64,000 nt of DNA from Octopus vulgaris (GCA_951406725.2 OX597819.1:19530001-19594000), one strand, 5' to 3'. Counted from the first letter of the stretch, positions 40,551 to 54,447 are shown. Notes: generated from the letters alone by a model not told the origin. A program made the numbers and translations.

Positions 40551-41152
40551 ACAGTTCTATATTTAAAAGATGAGGAAATATTTACGTTATTTACATTTGA
40601 CGGATATTTGTCCTCACCTTGTTCACACAACGTATCGGTTGATATATACGGGTTCTCACTCCTAAGGTATTTTTCAATGTTGTTGTTGTTGTTGTTGTTG
40701 TTGTTATTATTATTATTATTCAGGTTACTGCTTGGAATCGAACTCGGAATCTTGGTGTCATTAGCCCGCGAGGTTAATCACTACGCCCCGTGTGCAATTA
40801 TGGAGTGAATTTTAGGGCTTATAAATCTAATATTTTCCTATCCTTACTTAATACCGGTTCCCATATGCTGCTCATATCTGCACTCAGTCTGCTTAGGAGG
40901 TTGTTGTGTCCTAGCATATGTCCTGCTTCTTTTAGTTTTCGGATTTTCCAGTGGTGTTCTCTGTCTATTATTTTAACTTCATCCCACAGGTGGTGGTCTC
41001 CATGGAAAAATACCTTAGGAATGAGATCCCAGTTTTGAAATTTCCCTAACACACCTGATGAAGGCTGGAGGGTATAGCAGCCGAAACTTTGTGTTAACAA
41101 CAAACAAGACGAGGACAAATATGCGTCAAATGTAAATAATTCAAATAATGTA
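40551..41152 (-). mobile_element. Penelope-like element remnant: inverted terminal copy, GIY-YIG C-terminus, tRNA-like module and terminal repeat
   Basis: Minus strand 41004-40819 reads HGDHHLWDEVKIIDREHHWKIRKLKEAGHM...SSIWEPVL (PLE GIY-YIG C-terminus). 40585-40675 is the inverse of 41005-41152. A hammerhead-like core lies at 41051-41094. Confidence 0.8.
41051..41094 (+). ncRNA. Minimal type I hammerhead ribozyme-like motif
   Basis: ACAC-CTGATGA-A-GGCTG-(10 nt)-CAGCC-GAAA-ct-TT-GTGT: canonical core, stem II and a 4-bp stem I. The sister copy suggests an ancestral AACGTT stem III. Activity untested. Confidence 0.6.
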
Positions 41153-41963
41153 AGGTTTGCATTATCTCGACAGCATCTGATGCCCTGTGAATATGGATGT
41201 TGCAACGATTCTTGTGATGAAGTCATTAAAAATCAATTAAATGTTCGTAAGATTAAAAAAAAAATAGAATGAAATCCTATGAGGAGAAACCCGTTGCGCT
41301 GATTTGTGTCACGGTGTTGGAATCGAGCAGTAGAGTAGAATCTACCAACTGGCCTTTTCTAGGGCCCCGAACGCTTATTCAGTGCTTCTCACCTGATTCG
41401 TTGACAGACGAACCGACAATACTTAAGACTGCTTGGTGAGTTAGCATCAGGGACCTGTTTATCATAGGTGTGTTAAAACAGTGACGATTAAGTACGTTGT
41501 ATCCCCTGAGCAAGACATACATATCACGGTATCTGACCCGGTGAATTTCTGGATAGCAGCAGAATTCTATCGACTTTAGCAAGAGACACTCTAGAAGCAA
41601 GCAAGAAAATGGCAAATATATTTAGTTTCAAAGCACAAAAATAAACATCATTAATCAAAGACATTGGAATATATCCCAACTTTTCCATCAATGTTGAAGC
41701 TATTTCTCTTTACTTTCAGTTGATTTAAAAAGCTAATTTTATCACATTGTTGGATAACAACCACACAATAGACATATCAAATGAAGGAACGTGATATATA
41801 AATATATGAATAGCAACGAAATGTTCTTTAAAACTATATTCCAATTACTTAGCATCTTAACAATTACTATTGAAATAATTCAAATATCTCTCAAACATTC
41901 TTGGCAAATTACAGTAATTGTCTCTCTCACTCTATTTATTCCACCACACTATCTATCCGAGAG

Positions 41964-42004
<41 letters not shown>

Positions 42005-42124
42005 AACTGTCAATATTTCGAAAAATCTGTCATAAAGACACGCTCTCAACATATATATCTAAACACTCACATACACACACTCACACACACACTCACACAC
42101 ATATTATGCATATATGTATGTATG

Positions 42125-42187
<63 letters not shown>

Positions 42188-42290
42188 ACACATATATCTA
42201 AGTGTATTTACACGCAGGTGCGTATATATATGTATATATATATACGCATATATATATATGCATATGTATATATGTATATATATACACATA

Positions 42291-42383
<93 letters not shown>

Positions 42384-42870
42384 ATGTATATATATACATA
42401 CATACTCAGATGCGTTCAGAAGTATCTATGTATGGATGTGCATATTTATAGCCAAACTAGCTCACTCTGTATCTAAATCATTGGCAATTTAGTTGATTTT
42501 AAATTGCTGTATAATTGTTATCTGCCGTCATTAGATCTCTTTGAGGCGCGCAATGAAATAGAAACCAATTTTTCGGCACGTTTTTGACTCTCTTCAATTT
42601 TGTCCGCTATCAACTGCAATGTATTTTACTGGTTTTGCATATTCCTGTGAACGTTTCCATTTACTGACATCCGATGACGTCACAGAATTTAAATGTTTTT
42701 TTCTGTGACGGATTCTATAACCACAAAAATGGCTAAAGTGAATCATAAAAAAATTACATTAAATATATGATGCACTGTGAGACATATGTCTTGAACAATA
42801 CACACACATAAATACTTACATAATACATACTTACATATGTGCGTACATACATACATACATACATACATAT

Positions 42871-43290
42871 GCAGTTACTCTATCCAGATTACAAATTCAG
42901 GTTTATACCTGTAAATAGAGGGGCCCTGGGATATATAACACATTGACTAAATACCAATGTTGAGGAATTAGGATTCTCCAAACCGGAAAGGAGAAAGCTA
43001 ATTCGAAGACTCCAGATCCAGTCCATCATCGGAACAGTGAAAATCTGTAAAACTTTCCAGGAGTCTATCATTTAAATATATGCGAGCATGTCTACATAGG
43101 CAACTATATACATGAGAATATTTACATAAGATATACAAATCTGCACATATGCTTGCATACGCTCAAACGAAAATACTCTATTGCTGATTTTGAAATTCCA
43201 ATTGAGGAACCTTGGATCTAGATTAGAAACCAATTCTTTCTTCATTGGCCAGACATCTTGAAATAAACTCAATAATGACATGGTGGCTGC
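42871..43290 (+). mobile_element. Third RLE-type non-LTR retrotransposon 3' end (pseudogenised)
   Basis: QLLYPDYKFRFIPVNRGALGYITH*LNTNVEELGF...LIRRLQIQSIIGTVKICKTFQ has the IPV..GALG / LQ...GT.KI pattern of RLE C-termini. The stop is at ~43075, and the fragment follows a (CATA)n run. Confidence 0.65.
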
Positions 43291-43419
43291 CCCCTCGTTA
43301 TCAAGTATGGCCATTGCACGAAGCTTAATCAATTTTGTTATCGTGCAATGCCCGTGAAAGAAGATTATTTTTAAAGTGAGGAAAGGCTGTGCACTGAGTC
43401 AATCCCACTCACTAAGCAA

Positions 43420-43835
43420 CAGCAGCCATAATCCGAAAAGAAGAACTAGTCAACTTCATCGGTAACCACTGAGCCGCAGGATTTATGTCGGAGTTATCCC
43501 AGTTACCTGAGTTACCTTCTCCTAGAAGGATGCCCTAACAAAGGCTATGAGTCCTTCACTCCCAATGGTTTAACAGCGCGATCGGGTATTCAGTCCGATT
43601 ATTTCTATGTCCCCGCGCATGATACAGCCTTAAGGCATTTATTGGATGGCCGTTGACTCTCAAGAGTTCCACCGCCCTTTGACGGGTTTTGTTTTTCATC
43701 CTGCAGGGTGTCCAACAAACACCCTACTCACCAAGCAAGCTTGGTGGGGTTGCCGGTTTAGTCGCCGACGACCCGACCATGCAACAGGTTGTACTGGGTT
43801 ACATGTTACCAGTAGCACTCGAAAGTGAATTGACA
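43420..43835 (-). mobile_element. GC-rich structured repeat, probably the 5' UTR of an RTE-type LINE
   Basis: Minus-strand motif ggcatccttctaggagaaggtaactc resembles RTE 5' UTR sequence as I recall it. Several perfect hairpins, and no ORF follows. Confidence 0.45.
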
Positions 43836-44117
43836 TAAATAATGACATACATATATATATGCATATACACATACATAAGACATATACTTGTACTTATGCA
43901 TACAAACACAGTCAGACACATATATGTTATTGCAAATAATACTTGATACAATCACAATGGAAGAATTATTTCTTAAAGAGAATTAAGTATTCTTTAAAAA
44001 AAATGGCATTTTTCAGGAAAAGTATTTTAGACACTTTTGAGGAAGATATTTTCATATAGTGCGTATTTTGCCTTCTTCAGCATTTCAAACATACGTGTCC
44101 ATAGATGTATACATGAA

Positions 44118-44478
44118 TATGTATGTGTGTGTGTGTGCGTGTGTTTGTGAGAGTATGAATCTTCTATTATACGTACATACGGGCATTATACTATTAAACA
44201 TATATATTTACATCAATTTTGATGTGTATATGCATATATTAGACGCACACACACACACATATATATATATATATACACATTAATATGTACATATGTACTA
44301 TATACACATACATATATATCTATATACATAAATGTGCAAACATATGTGTGTGTGGGTGAGTGTGTGTATGCATGTGTATATATATATATATATACATTCA
44401 TACACACACTCACATATGTTTGCACAATTATGTATATAGATATATATGTATGTGTATAAAGTACATATGTACATATTA

Positions 44479-44542
<64 letters not shown>

Positions 44543-44678
44543 CTAATATATGCATATATACATAAAAATAGATGTAAATATATATGTTTAATAATATAAT
44601 GCACGTGTGTACGTATAATAGAAGATTCATACTCTCTCACACACACACGCACACACACACACACAACCACACACATAT
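44118..44678. repeat. ~560 bp imperfect palindrome centred on (TA)n at ~44385
   Basis: gagagtatgaatcttctattatacgtaca (44149-44177) versus its exact inverse (44608-44636); tgtgcaaacatatgtg (44333) versus cacatatgtttgcaca (44411). Confidence 0.92.
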
Positions 44679-45077
44679 TTAAAGCAGAAACAATATATCG
44701 GACACAGTAATGTTGGACATTTATACACTGAGATCGCCATGTATATTTGCAACGAGACAAATGTTGAAGATCTGTTGACGTCATCATTGAGAGTACAACG
44801 GAACGAGCTAATTGGTCGAATTAATACTTAATTGAAAAGCACCAAAATAAATGTTTATATATTTATATAGACAGATGAAAGTAAACGAACGGAAAAGCAA
44901 ATATATTTGATATACAATGGAAAACTAATTATTTTTCTGTGCATACGACAAACATAAAATAAATGTATTAATTTCATAAGTTATAACACACATTTCTATT
45001 CAAAGTACATATATACTCTTACATACACACTGGAAAGTATCTACTATGCACGTGTAATTGTGTGTAGGTAAGTGTGT

Positions 45078-45155
<78 letters not shown>

Positions 45156-45475
45156 TATATATAGACAGGGAGAGAGACATACATAAGTCAGACAGACTGA
45201 TAGGGGGACATAGAATGAAAGTCACATATACACACGTATATATATTCATGTGTATAATATAGAAAGTTATACATGTACGGCTATTCATACATATTCAAAC
45301 ATATACCCTGACACGTATGCACATACACGCACACACGTACACTCGCGCACTTGCATATATATCACAAAAACACAAATAATGCAACGTATGTGACTGCATA
45401 TGTGCTTATGTGGAAGTGATACACACACACACACACATATATATATTCCCACATGTATGTATATATATATGTGTG

Positions 45476-45506
<31 letters not shown>

Positions 45507-45515
45507 GTGTATAAA

Positions 45516-45633
<118 letters not shown>

Positions 45634-46761
45634 CATATAAACACATAATACATAAATACAGCTGTGTGGATATATATGTTGGTGGGTGTAATTGCATGCA
45701 CATTTATACTGCGGCATGCTTTTATGCGCATGGTTGTATGCGTGTGCGAGTGCGTATTTGCTTATGTGTATGTGTGTATGTTTGTGTTCCTGTGAGTGCA
45801 TTCAAACGCTAAATTAATGCACATTCTAGGTGTTTCTAATAAATTAATAAAGATCCTACTTTCAAATATGCGTATATTAAATTGATCTCGAATTTTATTG
45901 AACACTTATTATTTCTTTAATTCTGTTGCCATCATAACAGAAAAATGCGTATGCTACATTTTCATTGGCTACATTGAATATTGTTATATAAATTAATCAC
46001 AAGAAATGAGGTCGTACCTAAGACCTGTGCAGGCGAAATGACTTGTGATATTTCTATGGTTGAGGTTTAACTTCAACAATTACAGGTCGGTCTTTATGTG
46101 GAATTAATAGATTGATGAGGAGGCAAACGAGATTCTTCTTTGAATGTTTGAAAAGGATTTACAATTGTTAAACCACCAAGGGACATTCCCGCCACCTTTC
46201 ATCAGTCGTCGTGACTATCGCGCGTATTTTTCCGACTCCTTTAATTGTATAAACTCTGGCAGCAAAACAGTGTAATGTATACTGCCGACTAGGATATTAA
46301 TTCTAAACCCGCCATGAACATATCGTGTGCAACTGAATTTTCTCAAAAAAAAAAAATCAATATAACAAAATAAAAATCACTTTGAAATCTTTTAGTAGTG
46401 CGGCCTACCTGGTAAAGACGCTTCTCGAAAAACCGCTGCCTATCCATGCACAACAGCCTAGTGTAATTCTTTTTATAACACAGTGAAATAAAATGCACAA
46501 ATATCAATTTGGTTCACAAGAGAGGTGTGAAAATGTCAAGTGTGTATATTGCTAATTTAGAATTATATATAGTAAAGATTCAATATTTTATTCGCAAGCG
46601 AGATACTACAAGAGGTTGTCTCTTTAAAAAGTTATTGGTTTATACCTTATACCAAGTGTAGTTTTCAGAACTAAATCCCACGATCACATTTCGCTTATAC
46701 TATTTAATCTTAGATTGTATTTAAGGCGGCATTTTTTCAGAGATCAATTGTTGCTGGGTTC

Positions 46762-46856
46762 AACTTTTGATTCCATCCTTTCGGGGATCGATAAACTAAG
46801 TACTCTTTAAGCATTGGGGGGTCGGTATTGCTGGTTTTGTACCATAATTTGAAACA
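46762..46856 (+). mobile_element. Old SINE family B fragment
   Basis: ttccatcctttcggggatcgataaactaagtac...ttgtaccataatttgaaac. Confidence 0.6.
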
Positions 46857-49179
46857 TATATTATATGTGTACTTTTAGGAATATATAACAAGCAAGCAAC
46901 TTTAACAAACGAATGCAATGTATCTGGATTTGTCCACCAGCGGCCTTCTTCCTGGTCCTTCAGCCTACAGGAATTAGCCTATAATTCTATATCTTAATCA
47001 CGACCTCTCATCTTAAATACTGGATGATATAGTGCTAGCTAAACTGTATTTGAATAAAAGCCTGGATTAGTATAACTGGAAGTAATTTCAGACCTAGTAC
47101 AAAATAACCATTTCTCTTATTAATCTTTGGAAACCTTACTGGTGTATTTCCCCAGATCCGTTCGATGTGGAACTACTTAAATGTCGCGAAATTCTGATGG
47201 ATTTGCAATAATATTCAGCCGAGTTATTCAATCAATTAGGAATTTTTGCTGAATATTTCGATTAGTGATACCTGCCAGTCATAGAATTACTTGACATTTA
47301 AATTCATTCCAATGGCTTGAAGAGGTCAGTAGTGTTACCGACCAGTATTTACTCGTGCTGAGATTCTGTAGATACTTCAGCTAGCATGTCACCGTCTAAG
47401 TGGTTATCTTTGCATTAAGAAATTTGTATTAATTGCTGCTGAATAAATACATTAATTCGCAGCAACATAGCTGCCATCAGTGCCTAAACCAAGCAAGACA
47501 GACATTAACGTAAAGAGGGGAAATCAGTGCGGCGGCGGTGGCCTGGGGCATTATATTAAATCATTCTGCATAGTGTGTCGCTAAGAATGAGATTGTCAAC
47601 GTACAAAGTACAGGAGTGTTTTGACAAGGAAGACTGATACTTGCAGATTAGATAGAGAGGAAGCTCCTAAACGTATTACCTTTCCTGCCAATCACAATTA
47701 TATAATATTCCTATTTCAGTCAAGACGGAAGAATAAGGAAGTCGCTTCTTTGAAACTATCTCGATTCCTTTTTAAGCTTGAAAGTTGGTGCAATATTTTG
47801 TATTGGCACGATCAAATATGCATTCATATTGAGAATAGTTTCCCCTTAGCGGTAGGAATCTTAAGCGCCTGGTGAATAAATAGTTTTCATCAGGATGCCG
47901 CACGCTAATAAGAGACGGTGGGACTAACTGAAACTTTAACAAACATCTTTAGTTCTGTTTCTCGTTGATATCGTTATATTTGGTGATTATGTTCTTGCAG
48001 TGGAGGTCAGTTTTGGAAAGGAAGTTGAATGTAAATTATGAAGTAAAATAAACAGCAAAAGCTGGATCTTTATCGACGTAGATGCATTTTACATTGAGCA
48101 AAGCAGATCAGATGTTTGTTGAATGTATAACGGTCTACTTAGAAGAAATTGATTGGCAAATCGGGCAGCTTCCACTCGATCAGTCACATCATCGATGGTA
48201 TGCTGAGCCAGGTGTGGTTGTTCTGAGAGCACACCTCTATTTGCTCATCCTTACATAATAAACAGAAACAGTCAGCGAAACCTGGTCGTGCTTCTACCGG
48301 GTATAACTCAGTTAATGTTTGTAAGGAGAAGTGAGGGATTTTGTTAAAATCTCAGTTGTATAATGTTAATGATTGGATTACCTAGAGTTATGTTGTCTGC
48401 GTTGTGGTGATCTGTGAACGATTCCCATTTGGTGATTGTGGGGACCTTGCTACAGCTCTGGGTGTTGTAGAGGGAGGTTTCAATTTCATAGAATTCTGAC
48501 CTACTGCGATGGCCCACTTTACCACTTGGAGATTTAACGTCTGAGGTGTTTGGTTATATACGCATGGAGGAGATAATTCCAAAGGAATAAGAATCCAACA
48601 AAGTTCAGGTTGTGTAATTAATTTTGGATTTCATATCGACCAATTTCCTTCTAACAGAAGAAGAAGAAGAGTTTGAACATCAAGAATTACTACATGTGTT
48701 TGAATACCGAAAATACCCGGAAAGCGATGGCTTTACAGTGATACCAACGGGAGTAAGGAAAAGAAACTGCTTACGTTTGGAAGAATTTTGAGATTGTAGA
48801 TGAGAATAAAATGAAAAGAGTAAGACAGAATAAGTGATATTTGGTTTGAACATTTTCTGGTAGGTAAAGTCACTGTACAAAAGAATTGGGTTTCATCAGG
48901 TAGTTTATTCGTATGTAATAGGTGTAGATCAACATCACTGTCCTGCATTTGATTACGCGTATTTTATGTCGAGGATGATCTGGGCTGAGAAACCTTAGTC
49001 ACTTTACTTTCGCCATAGATGAGCTCTTTCGGCTTTGAGCCTTGCTAAGAAATACCAAGTGGCAGTAATAGCTCTGGAATAGAAACAGTTATAGAATTAC
49101 AAAAAGATTTCGCACTAGTTAGTTAAGAATGTGTATGTATGCGTCTGAAGTGTGTGTGTGTGTGTGTGTGTGTGTATGA

Positions 49180-49467
49180 AGACACATGGTGTAGTGGTTA
49201 CTGTGTTGCACTCAGGATCCAGAGATTGAGGGTTTAATTCCTAGATCAGGTGGTGTGTTGTGTTCTTGAACAGAGCATTTCAATCTCACACAGCTCTTCA
49301 ATCGCTTCCGCAAAAGACGAATGGCACACTGCGCACTTGTTGGGCCAACATCGATTTGATTGAGGAAGCGAGGGCTAATATACAGCACATACATTTAATC
49401 ACTGGAAACAGATCATATTTGCAGTTCCTTCGGCAAAATCTGATCAGTCGTACGTCGCCCTCGACGA

Positions 49468-49470
<3 letters not shown>
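49180..49470 (+). mobile_element. Diverged tRNA-derived SINE
   Basis: A box tggtgtagtggtta, B-box-like gggtttaattcc, then ttgtgttcttgaacagagcattt; ends at (TA)n. Confidence 0.6.
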
Positions 49471-49534
<64 letters not shown>

Positions 49535-49648
49535 TGAGAGAGAGACAGATAGAAAGAGAGAGTGATAGAGAGAGAGAGAGATGAGGAGCGAAAGAGATAA
49601 AACAGAAGCAGTGTCTGTGTGATAATTATTATCAAGAACATACTTAAA

Positions 49649-49686
<38 letters not shown>

Positions 49687-50386
49687 TCTGTATATTTTCC
49701 GGTCGGGTGGGTGCGGCGTGGTAAAGACAACTCTCACAAAGCACAGGTTGTGAAAACACCAGGATGTCATAGAGAGGTGAGATAACCCATCTCTAATCTC
49801 AGCCAGTTCTGTTTCGCCATCATTGTGGATTTTGAGAGAGTCTTCTCTACCACGCTAAAATGTAGCTTACAGGCAAACACATTTGCTGTGGACGTTAAGT
49901 ATATGTGGCTTTTAATGTTTATACATACACACACACTTACACATACATATCTACAGACATACATACATGTATGTATGTATTTACGTGTGTATGTATCTTT
50001 TGTTTCCAGATGTTCAAAGTCTTGTTTACGTTCAAAGAGAGAGACAGAGAAAGAGAGAGAGACAGGAGAGAGAGGAGAGGGAGAAGCTATATAAGGAAGG
50101 AAACAAAATGGTGTTTTAGGTTCTTGCGAAAAATGAAATGCTGTTTATAATGAACAAAACTGTTGAAATGATCGTAGTACGTTAAGGCCCTTGGCAGAAA
50201 TAATTCTCATAATTCCGAGCAAAGAAATCTCAAAATATCTGAACATATTTGAATTTATAATATAAGAATTACTTATAAATTCCCTATAAACAATTATTGA
50301 TAAAAGTCATTTCAATTTAGAACAGAGAATGGAAATTGTAAATAGCCAGGAAGACCGTGAACTAGGAACAGTTAATTTCGGTGACA

Positions 50387-51090
50387 TACGCTGAACCGCA
50401 AAATAAAAGCAAGTGGTGTGTGTCTGTGAAAAAATGTTTTAATTTCATTATGTCATAGATGAATTTTGATAAATCTGAAAAAGTAGATTTCTTGGATGCA
50501 CTTTGACTACAGTCTATCGGTCGTTGTCACGTGTTCTGGTACTGGGCGGATCCAGCACCTTGAGAGTGTAGGGCGTGCTATATTCAGTACAGTGTATGTC
50601 CTTCCTGGGTGCTCAAAACGGCTATATACGCCACCGGTACATGGATTGCATGAGGCGGTTCACAAAAGCCATTAGCACCTGTGCCCACACCCTGAGGAAA
50701 GTTGCTTCCATTTCCACACGATATTTTGGACTTGGGACCACCTGGTTTAGCCTACTCTGGATTTCATACCACAGATGTTCAATTGGGTTCAAATTCGGGT
50801 TGAAAGCATGGTTCTGATATTCTGCTGACGCAGGAGGTCCATAGTGACCCTGGCCGCGTGGGGGGAGCATGTCCTGCTGGAGCACGAGGCTACAGCGATA
50901 TGCCAAGAAGGACACGATGTGAGGTCTTAGGATCTGGTCAGCGTAGCGCTGCGCTGTGATGCCATTCACTCTGCTAGCACCGACATTTTGGAAAACACGG
51001 GGCCCAATTCTCTGATTTAAGCCTATAGCAGCACAAACCATGATGCTTTGGCCACCCCACGCGTCTATCTCTGCGTCTCGTCTCACTCGG
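50387..51090 (-). mobile_element. Decayed Tc1-like (DD34E-type) transposon, 3' part
   Basis: WGGQSIMVCAAI...ITAQRYADQILRPHI...LQQD...PNLNPIEHLW...LMQSM, followed by a frameshifted GHTLY terminus. TIR-like tacgctgaaccgcaaaa at 50387. Confidence 0.85.
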
Positions 51091-51309
51091 TGTGAGAATG
51101 CATACCCAAAATGTAATGCCATTTTAAGCAGTTTACAGAGGAAGCTAAACCCCTACATATAGTGAGATGCAACTTACAATTCGAATCAAAACATAATGTA
51201 CAGAAATTAAACAAACACAAAAGAAAACATTAGGGCTGATTCTAAATTATAGGAGCTGAGCGTACTTAACGGATCTAGTAGCACGCAAGTTTACGATCGA
51301 TAAATAATA

Positions 51310-51507
51310 ATTTGACATTTTGACACAAGGCCAGCAATTTCGAGGAGGGAAGTCGACCCAGTGTACAACTGGCACTTATTTTACGGATCCCAGAAGGATC
51401 AAAGGCAAAGTCGACCACGGCGGCATTTGAACTCAGAACCTCAAGACTGACAAAATGCTGCACAGCATTTTGCCGAGCGTACTAACGACTCTACCAGCTC
51501 ACCGCCT
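51310..51507 (-). mobile_element. SINE family B (short-tail variant)
   Basis: Reverse complement of ggcggtgagctggtagagtcgttag...gagttcaaatgccgccgtggtcgactttgcctttgatccttc. Confidence 0.85.
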
Positions 51508-52102
51508 CGCTTTGTATAAATAATAACAGAGAACGTTCTGTACTAAATATATTAAATATATGTCTTTTATAAACATTTAATACACTCAGTACATTGATCG
51601 GTCAGCTTTTATCTATTGTAGACTGTATATTAACAGATCTCTCTATATATTGTCATTGACGATGACACCATGGAGAATAAACTAAATACAAGGCAATATA
51701 ACAGCCGTTTTAACATGTCAGGATACTAAATACTTTCAATGGAGGCATAAAATTATTACAAGATTTGCCGTGATTATTGCGACATTACATTATCGTGTAG
51801 TTATAAGGAAGACGGACAATGTGTTTTTGTTGCTGTTGTTGCCATTGTTGTTTAGTGACACGAGGGAGATATTAAATATATTGAGTAATAGATGTGCCAG
51901 ATATAAATATATACTGGCTTCTGGGTTATGATTGTAATGGGATTACGCGGTAGGAAATGAAATATTCAATTTAAAGCGAAAACCAAGGCGAATATCGAAT
52001 ATAGACGCCATGTGTGTGTGTGTGTGTGTGTCTGTGTGTGTGTCTGTGTGCATATGTATGTATGTATATATACATGTGTATGTGTGTGTGTGCGTGTGTG
52101 TG

Positions 52103-52200
<98 letters not shown>

Positions 52201-52287
52201 TATTTATGATACAAATTTATACGTTCATACATAGATATTGTTGCGAAATATATTTTGCTGGAAATTTAAATTTGTGGATGGAAAAAA

Positions 52288-52435
52288 AGGTTCTTTGGAA
52301 GCCGTTTTCGGGTTAAATAGACCTGCTCTTTGAGGAAGTATATTCGACAACACTAATGAGTAAATTTCGTGTACCGAAACCGAGGAGAGAGAGCAAATGA
52401 AAGAGTTAATATATATATATTCAACTGAATCTTAA

Positions 52436-52481
<46 letters not shown>

Positions 52482-52511
52482 CACACACACATAGACATGT
52501 GTGTGTAAGAG
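52288..52511 (+). repeat. Left arm of a long-range inverted duplication (partner at 55191-55384)
   Basis: ctgctctttgaggaagtatattcgac...gtgtaccgaaaccgaggagagagagc...ttcaactgaatcttaattaat; the reverse complement is at 55191-55384. Confidence 0.92.
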
Positions 52512-53142
52512 TGTATGTATGTTCGTATCTATGTACGTATCTATGTATGTACGTATTTGTGTATTTATGTATGCATCTAACGACAAAATCAAACGGCTTT
52601 GAATGTTTCTGTAAATGATTGTATAATGAACGAAATACCTGTCCACTCGAGTAACTCCTAACACAGAATCATTTCACACAATGAACTACAAAATTAGACG
52701 TTTCCGTTTCGGGATCACACTGTCTCTCCAGCTCCTTTCATATTCCCCATCGATTCAACTTAACTCGCTATCTTTGTGTCGTAATGAGGTTTTGGTGACT
52801 ACCTCTCCCGCACATGTGCATCTGTGTTTACTTGGGCAAGTTCCGTGCCCATGTCAGGCGTCTTTGTTTATCTACGCTTTATCTATATACGACGTTTCCA
52901 CCTCACGTAAAGCGAATACAAATAAAGAAAGATAGTTTCGTGGCTGTTGCCTCTATTTTCCATTCTAATCCGAAAGAATTTACTCTATCTTCATTTTTTT
53001 TGTTTCCTTTGGTTAGATAAAACAATTTGTTATATTTTGTTCGTCTTTCTTGTCCTTTTCCAAACGAAAATTCTATGCAATTTTACATTATACATACAAC
53101 ATACGTTCATACGTACATATAATATAATATAATATAATAAAT

Positions 53143-53554
<412 letters not shown>

Positions 53555-54084
53555 TGTGTGTTCAGGTGTGTGCGTATATATATGTGTGTACGTTTGTGTT
53601 TATATTTGTGTGTGTGTGTGTTCGTGTGCGCGCACATGCACACGCAACCATAATGTTTTCTCCCCGTCTCCCACATTTATATTATTTTATTTTGAATGTT
53701 TGCATTTGGCCTTTCTTTCTGGTTAGCTCCACATCTAAAATAATGATTGTAAACTGATCGATAAGAATCACTTTATTCTATGTGACTTTTCGAACAAAAC
53801 AAAATACAATATCGATCGGAGGAATTTATGTGGATGCCGGTTTGACAGATTGATCGGCTGTATTTCTAATGAGAATGTGCTTGGTCGACGTGGCATCTAA
53901 TCAGGGTTTGTTTATCCAAGAAATGAGACAGACGCGTCGGATTTCGGTTTGATGCGAAAAGAAAAAAAAAATATTAACGAAAAAACCTCCGATCCCTTGT
54001 ATACAATGTGTAATTTAACAGAATGAAAAACTTCTGCAGAATCTGCACCATAAAACAGTTAAAATTATACACAGACGTATATGC

Positions 54085-54128
<44 letters not shown>

Positions 54129-54189
54129 ATATATATATGCACACACGCCTCTATAAGTTCATATTTATATATACATACACATGTATGTA

Positions 54190-54220
<31 letters not shown>

Positions 54221-54444
54221 CACGTGATCATGTGACCGACCAGATGTAGTTACACATCGCTGGTCACAATGCGTTCACATTGTTTGAAGCCTTCGAATGA
54301 CGCCAACCCGCAGGCTAAGCGAGTAGGCCAAGAGAAGAAAGAGTGGTGAAAGAGTACAGCAGGTATCACCACCCCCTGCCCCAGACTCGTGGTGCTTTTA
54401 GGTGTTTTCGTTCAATAAACACACACAACGCCCGGTCTGGAATT

Positions 54445-54447
<3 letters not shown>
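54221..54447 (-). mobile_element. SINE family C variant (alternative tail ending in (TA)n; head truncated at (GA)n)
   Basis: Body ttttaggtgttttcg..caataaacac.cacaacgcccggtctgg is shared with 14855-14900; the tail differs. Confidence 0.85.

Noticed and set aside
40721-40793. tRNA gene
   Set aside because: A and B boxes are present, but there is no convincing acceptor stem or cloverleaf, so it is treated as a tRNA-derived module. The same applies to the SINE heads.
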